Source: Spirochaetota bacterium (GTDB lineage Bacteria > Spirochaetota > UBA4802 > UBA5550). From it: 64,000 nt of DNA. The DNA is taken from NCBI GenBank assembly GCA_963663865.1, contig OY760686.1:1600001-1664000 (forward strand), read 5' to 3'. Position numbers and translations under genes: made by a program. The notes beneath the pieces were generated by a model. It did no database searches. It saw only the letters and a list, made by a program, of their open reading frames with translations, and was not told the origin of the DNA. This document shows, piece after piece, positions 59,911 through 64,000 of this stretch (positions are counted from its first letter, which is position 1; every line of letters begins with the position of its first letter).

Positions 59911-60078
59911 GATATTCCTCTTCTTCTGTGAAGCCGTTTATAGCTTAAATTACGGCGAATTATTAATTCACTTTCTATGTATAGACAGGCTAAAATTTGG
60001 CATAAAATATTGCAAGCTTAATATTGTGTTTTGAGTAAAAAGTACCTCATGCTGCTTAATGAATAAGGGCCGGACCTT

Positions 60079-62748
60079 TCAGTCAAGACCCGTATTTATC
60101 AGAAATTCTTTAAGAATCTCACTTCTTTTATAAAGTGCTGACTTCCTGAGGGCCGCGGCTCTGAAGCTTTGTCTTTTTGCGCTTTGCGTGAGGTGGCTGC
60201 TAATCACACCGGCCAGCTCGGTTTTGTTTTCAGCGAGATAACCATTTTTCATGTGATCGATAATATCTGCAGGCCCGCGAGTGTTGTACGCAGCAACCGG
60301 ACAACCGCAGCTCATTGCCTCAAGGACTACACACCCGAAAGTGTCAAAACGAGAAGGCAGAACAAGGATGTCGGCTGAAGAGTATATCGCAGGGAGATCG
60401 GTCTGCTTAACCCAGCCGGTAAACTCAGCTTCTGGCAGCTTGTTTTTAAGCCAGTCTTCGGCGGGTCCTGTGCCGGCAATTATCATCCTGAGATTGGGTA
60501 CAGATTCTCTGACCTTTTTGAAAATGGCTGGCAGATCAGTGACGCCCTTTTCTTCACTCAGTCTTCCTGCATACAGCATTACAGGGTAATCTTCCGCGTT
60601 TCCGTGGAGTGCAGGATTCGGCTTTTTTATGGGCTTGAAAATTGGATCGGCCCAGTGAGCTGTTCTGTACACCTTCGATTCCGGAATGCCTATCCCGCTG
60701 CCGGTAAACCACCTATGCTGGTCCTTGTTCAGTACAAAAATGCCGTCGAACGATCTGTAGAAAGCCCTGAGCAGGCGGCGTATTCTGTCTGTTTTAAATT
60801 TGTCGAGTTTAAGGACTCTGTTTACAAAGCTCATCCAATCGGTGTGGGCATAGAAGTATGCCGGAACAGAGTAGGCGTTTTTAAGATAAAGGGAGATGAG
60901 ACCCATAGGTCCTTCAGTTGAGCAGATTATACGGTCGTATTCTCCGTTTTTAAAGATATCGTGAATAGTAAGTATATCCGGTATTCTCAGGTTCTGGTTG
61001 CTATAGCCCGGAATGCTGAACTCTTCAATGGGGTTTACTACAATGAGATTGTCTTCAGATTGAAGCTTGCTGCTGCAGACAAGAATATCTATCGGCAGTG
61101 TCTTCTCTCTTATTACTTCAAGGAATTGCCTTAATACAATGGCGACTCCGTTCTTGTCGTCAAAGGTATCGGTCAGCCAGAGCATCCTTTCAGGATGCTC
61201 TGGAGCTCCAAGCGATGAGGCAAACTCCTTGAGAAGCGGGCGTGATTTATAAAGGACTCTTGCGCTGACGTAATTAGCAGCTGTGATAACCGCGGAAGCG
61301 AGGAACGGGAAGGAAAGGTTATCTAAAAGTTTCGATATGTTTATCCCCCGATTTCCGTTATCTTCGTTCGAAGTGCCGAGGATATCTCTGATGTAAACTG
61401 GAAGCTCAAATTTATCGATAAGCTTTCCGGGTTCTTCGCTTCTCAGAAGCTGATTGATTGATTGAACTGGAAAGTGTTTTTTCATCCTTGAGAAAAGAAT
61501 AGCGTTAAGCTGTCCGCTTATTGTCTTCAGAGATATATCGAGTTTTACCGCACTTTCTTCCTTGCCGCCATTTCTCATAGAGGCAATGTTCTGAACCTCT
61601 TTAAAAATGGGTTTGTATTCGGATGAAATGAACATTTTTTTCAGCAATCCAGGTGTTTTTCCTCTAAGGGACTGATGAAATATTCTGATGAAGTCCATCG
61701 TTATTCTGTGTTTTCTGAGCTCAAGAAATGTATTTGCTATCAAAAAAGCCTTTAGTTTGTCTGTGCTGCTGCCCTTGTGAAGCAGAAGCCTGATAAGGCC
61801 CGGATCTTCCATGTTTAGCCCGAGTTGACAGAAATAATCCAGAAAGGTCACTGACATCTTCTCGCTGTCATTGTGAACACCAAAGGGCGCCATCTGTCCT
61901 TTTCGTATTGCCTCCAGAGCCAGATCAGAGCGTTTTTCTGTTTTTAGCCTGTCCTGCAGGCCCGGGACGTGCAGCAGAGTGCCGGTCTGGCCTGAAAAAA
62001 GACCCATGTGGCTGTCGGAACCGCCTGAAACGCTCTTTCTGTAAGGGGTTGCGCAGAATCTGTCAGGCGCCAGTGAGTACTTTTTTGAGTACCAGTCTAT
62101 TCGTTCGGGAGTCAGGCTCTCAACCCACTTGATGACAAGTACATTCTGCCAGGTGTCCCTCTGCCCGTTGAGGGCTTCGAAGCGTTCGAAGCAGAGTGCC
62201 ATCTTTTCAAAGAAGTCCATTGGAGGGAGTCCGTCTGACTTGTAGTGATATAGAGGATGGGCCCATATAGTTGGAATTTCATTCTGGCGGGCGTAGTCAA
62301 GAAAAAGGTAAAGGTCTTTTCGGAGCCTGTTTATATCTTTCTCCTGGGCCTCGGAGAATCCGTAAGCCAGAACGTGAATGCCGATTTTGTAATCGGGAAC
62401 CATGCAGCTGAATTCTGCGCCTGTAAGAATATCCATCCCCTTTTCGCGAAGTTCTTTACACGAGCGGGAATTGTTGTGATTGGTGATAGTAAAGGTGTCA
62501 CAGCCGCTTTTGCTGAGGTTTTCAATCAGCGTTTCGGTTGGCAGATATGTTTCAGGCACTTCGAGGAGGCGGCCGAGTATTTCGTCAGGAACATCGCTGT
62601 TTTTATCATGGCAGTGCAGGTCGATAGTCAGGGTTTCCTCTATTGGGAAGGATTGACGCGATTTATTGACTAACTCTTCGAGTTCATTTCTGAGCGTCTG
62701 GTGGAATGATTGCCTGCCATTTCTTTTCGGGTTCTTTTCAATTGTCAT
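60079..62748 (-). CDS. PHP-like domain + GT4 glycosyltransferase fusion
   Basis: N-terminal DLHCH, ITNHN, WAHP and GGSDSH; C-terminal YAGRLSEEKG and PSRFDTFGCVVLEAMSCG. Confidence 0.85.
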   Translation of the reverse strand: MTIEKNPKRNGRQSFHQTLRNELEELVNKSRQSFPIEETLTIDLHCHDKNSDVPDEILGRLLEVPETYLPTETLIENLSKSGCDTFTITNHNNSRSCKELREKGMDILTGAEFSCMVPDYKIGIHVLAYGFSEAQEKDINRLRKDLYLFLDYARQNEIPTIWAHPLYHYKSDGLPPMDFFEKMALCFERFEALNGQRDTWQNVLVIKWVESLTPERIDWYSKKYSLAPDRFCATPYRKSVSGGSDSHMGLFSGQTGTLLHVPGLQDRLKTEKRSDLALEAIRKGQMAPFGVHNDSEKMSVTFLDYFCQLGLNMEDPGLIRLLLHKGSSTDKLKAFLIANTFLELRKHRITMDFIRIFHQSLRGKTPGLLKKMFISSEYKPIFKEVQNIASMRNGGKEESAVKLDISLKTISGQLNAILFSRMKKHFPVQSINQLLRSEEPGKLIDKFELPVYIRDILGTSNEDNGNRGINISKLLDNLSFPFLASAVITAANYVSARVLYKSRPLLKEFASSLGAPEHPERMLWLTDTFDDKNGVAIVLRQFLEVIREKTLPIDILVCSSKLQSEDNLIVVNPIEEFSIPGYSNQNLRIPDILTIHDIFKNGEYDRIICSTEGPMGLISLYLKNAYSVPAYFYAHTDWMSFVNRVLKLDKFKTDRIRRLLRAFYRSFDGIFVLNKDQHRWFTGSGIGIPESKVYRTAHWADPIFKPIKKPNPALHGNAEDYPVMLYAGRLSEEKGVTDLPAIFKKVRESVPNLRMIIAGTGPAEDWLKNKLPEAEFTGWVKQTDLPAIYSSADILVLPSRFDTFGCVVLEAMSCGCPVAAYNTRGPADIIDHMKNGYLAENKTELAGVISSHLTQSAKRQSFRAAALRKSALYKRSEILKEFLINTGLD

Positions 62749-63050
62749 TGCTTCTCTCTTTCGGGCCTCTACGCCCTTTTTGTTTTTTCTGTTAAATTGT
62801 TACTGATAAATTGTTAAGAAAATCCAAGAAAACTATGTGAATAATGTTAATTGTTGGTGTGTTCTACTTTAATGCAGTGGAAGCTGGAACTGGCAGAATG
62901 ATATTATTTTACACGGATGCAAACGGTGGTTGTACTTTTTTATTGAATTTCCAGGCATAAAATAGAGAATAGTTTCAATCGCATGGTGCGATGCTATCAT
63001 GATGAAATTAGAGCGCTTTGTGGTTTGAAAATGGGAGTTGAGGCCATAGT

Positions 63051-63629
63051 ATGAGTACAGTCAGGGTTATAGCCGGCATGCTTAAGGGCAAGCCCATCCC
63101 GTTCATTAATAAAAAATTTGACCATGCTGATATTACGACTCAGAAGGTTAAGGAGGCCTTTTTTTCAATAATTGGGGAAGACCTTTCAGGTAAAAGCTTC
63201 CTTGATCTCTTTAGCGGGAGCGGGCAGATGGGTATTGAGGCCCTTAGCAGAGGTGGAAATCCGGTTGTTTTCAATGAGATTGACAGAAAAAGATACGGCT
63301 TTATTAATGAGTTTGTCGGCAGTCTTTCGCTCGTCAATGAGAGCATCGTTACAAACCTTCATGCTGAAAGGGCTGTCAGGTGGCTAAGTTCACGAAATAT
63401 GTGTTTTAATATTGTTTATGTTGATCCGCCATACGATAAGAGAAAGGGCACAGTTCTAATTTACGGCGATATCCTCGAAAAAATAGACGAAAGGGGAATT
63501 CTACACGAAAACGGAATAGCGGCTGTTCAACATTTTTCCGACAATAAGCTTCCTGAAACAGCCGGCCGTCTGAAGATCGTCAAGTACAGGGAATACGGGA
63601 AATCGGCATTATCCCTGTACGGATACTGA
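63051..63629 (+). CDS. rsmD: 16S rRNA m2G966 methyltransferase
   Basis: VRVIAG, KVKEAFF, LDLFSGSGQMGIEALSRG, VDPPY and REYG. Confidence 0.92.
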   Translation: MSTVRVIAGMLKGKPIPFINKKFDHADITTQKVKEAFFSIIGEDLSGKSFLDLFSGSGQMGIEALSRGGNPVVFNEIDRKRYGFINEFVGSLSLVNESIVTNLHAERAVRWLSSRNMCFNIVYVDPPYDKRKGTVLIYGDILEKIDERGILHENGIAAVQHFSDNKLPETAGRLKIVKYREYGKSALSLYGY

Positions 63630-63691
63630 CACCGTTTTTTTGCTGAATACAGGCGGAGAGTTAACCGCTTAATATATACTGGAGAAAAAAT

Positions 63692-64000
63692 ATGTCTGCT
63701 GATAAAACTGATCTAAACGGAGCGGGAATAGAGAAAAAAAACGGGCCTGTTAGCTTTATTAAAGAAATTATCAATGAACATAACAGAACCGGACGCTTTG
63801 ACAATAAGGTCATAACCCGTTTTCCTCCGGAACCCAACGGTTATCTTCATATTGGCCACGCTAAATCAATTTGCCTTAATTTTGGTCTTGCGGCCGAGTA
63901 CGGCGGTGAATGCCACCTGAGGTTTGACGACACAAATCCAGTCAAGGAAGAAGACGAATATGTAGAGTCAATTAAGGACGATATTCGATGGCTGGGTTTT
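63692..64000 (+). CDS. glnS: Glutamine-tRNA ligase, 5' part (runs off the window edge)
   Basis: Manual translation: [24 protein letters not shown]...[11 protein letters not shown]; GGAG RBS before ATG 63692. Confidence 0.9.
   Translation, partial: MSADKTDLNGAGIEKKNGPVSFIKEIINEHNRTGRFDNKVITRFPPEPNGYLHIGHAKSICLNFGLAAEYGGECHLRFDDTNPVKEEDEYVESIKDDIRWLGF

Noticed and set aside
59998-60014. Sigma-54-like TGGCAT...TTGCA
   Set aside because: GG-GC spacing is one base too long, and it points toward the 3' end of a convergent gene.

Overview
A 64-kb chromosomal window from a bacterium that is probably a spirochaete (Leptospira-like). This is inferred from a FlbB-type collar gene, a LipL45-like FecR lipoprotein and spirochaete-style FliF/FliG. 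It is mostly housekeeping: argJ, pheST, a flgB-flgC-fliE-fliF-fliG-fliH-fliI-fliJ flagellar operon, engB/rimI/cstA, a Zur-znuACB operon, panE, fadD, eno, hisBHA, tRNA-Ile2(CAT), rplU-prp-rpmA-obgE-proB, proS, rpmB, rsmD and a partial glnS, plus three c-di-GMP genes. The main accessory region is an AT-rich island at about 9.0-15.3 kb. It holds a thermolysin-family (M4) lipoprotein gene with a 12-copy 7-bp repeat directly after its start codon (a candidate phase-variation switch). That gene is split by a 1314-bp IS3-family element with atypical GG...CC ends and flanked by two paralogous beta-propeller-like lipoproteins, with duplicated upstream segments and hairpins. Other unexplained signals are an uncalled 55-aa ORF between flgC and fliE, a recurring intergenic TTATGTCTCAT motif (an inverted pair before flgB), a decayed lytic transglycosylase in the flagellar operon, and an intact Prp protease next to an L27 that lacks the cleavable extension. 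All calls come from reading the sequence and motifs by eye; no database searches were run.
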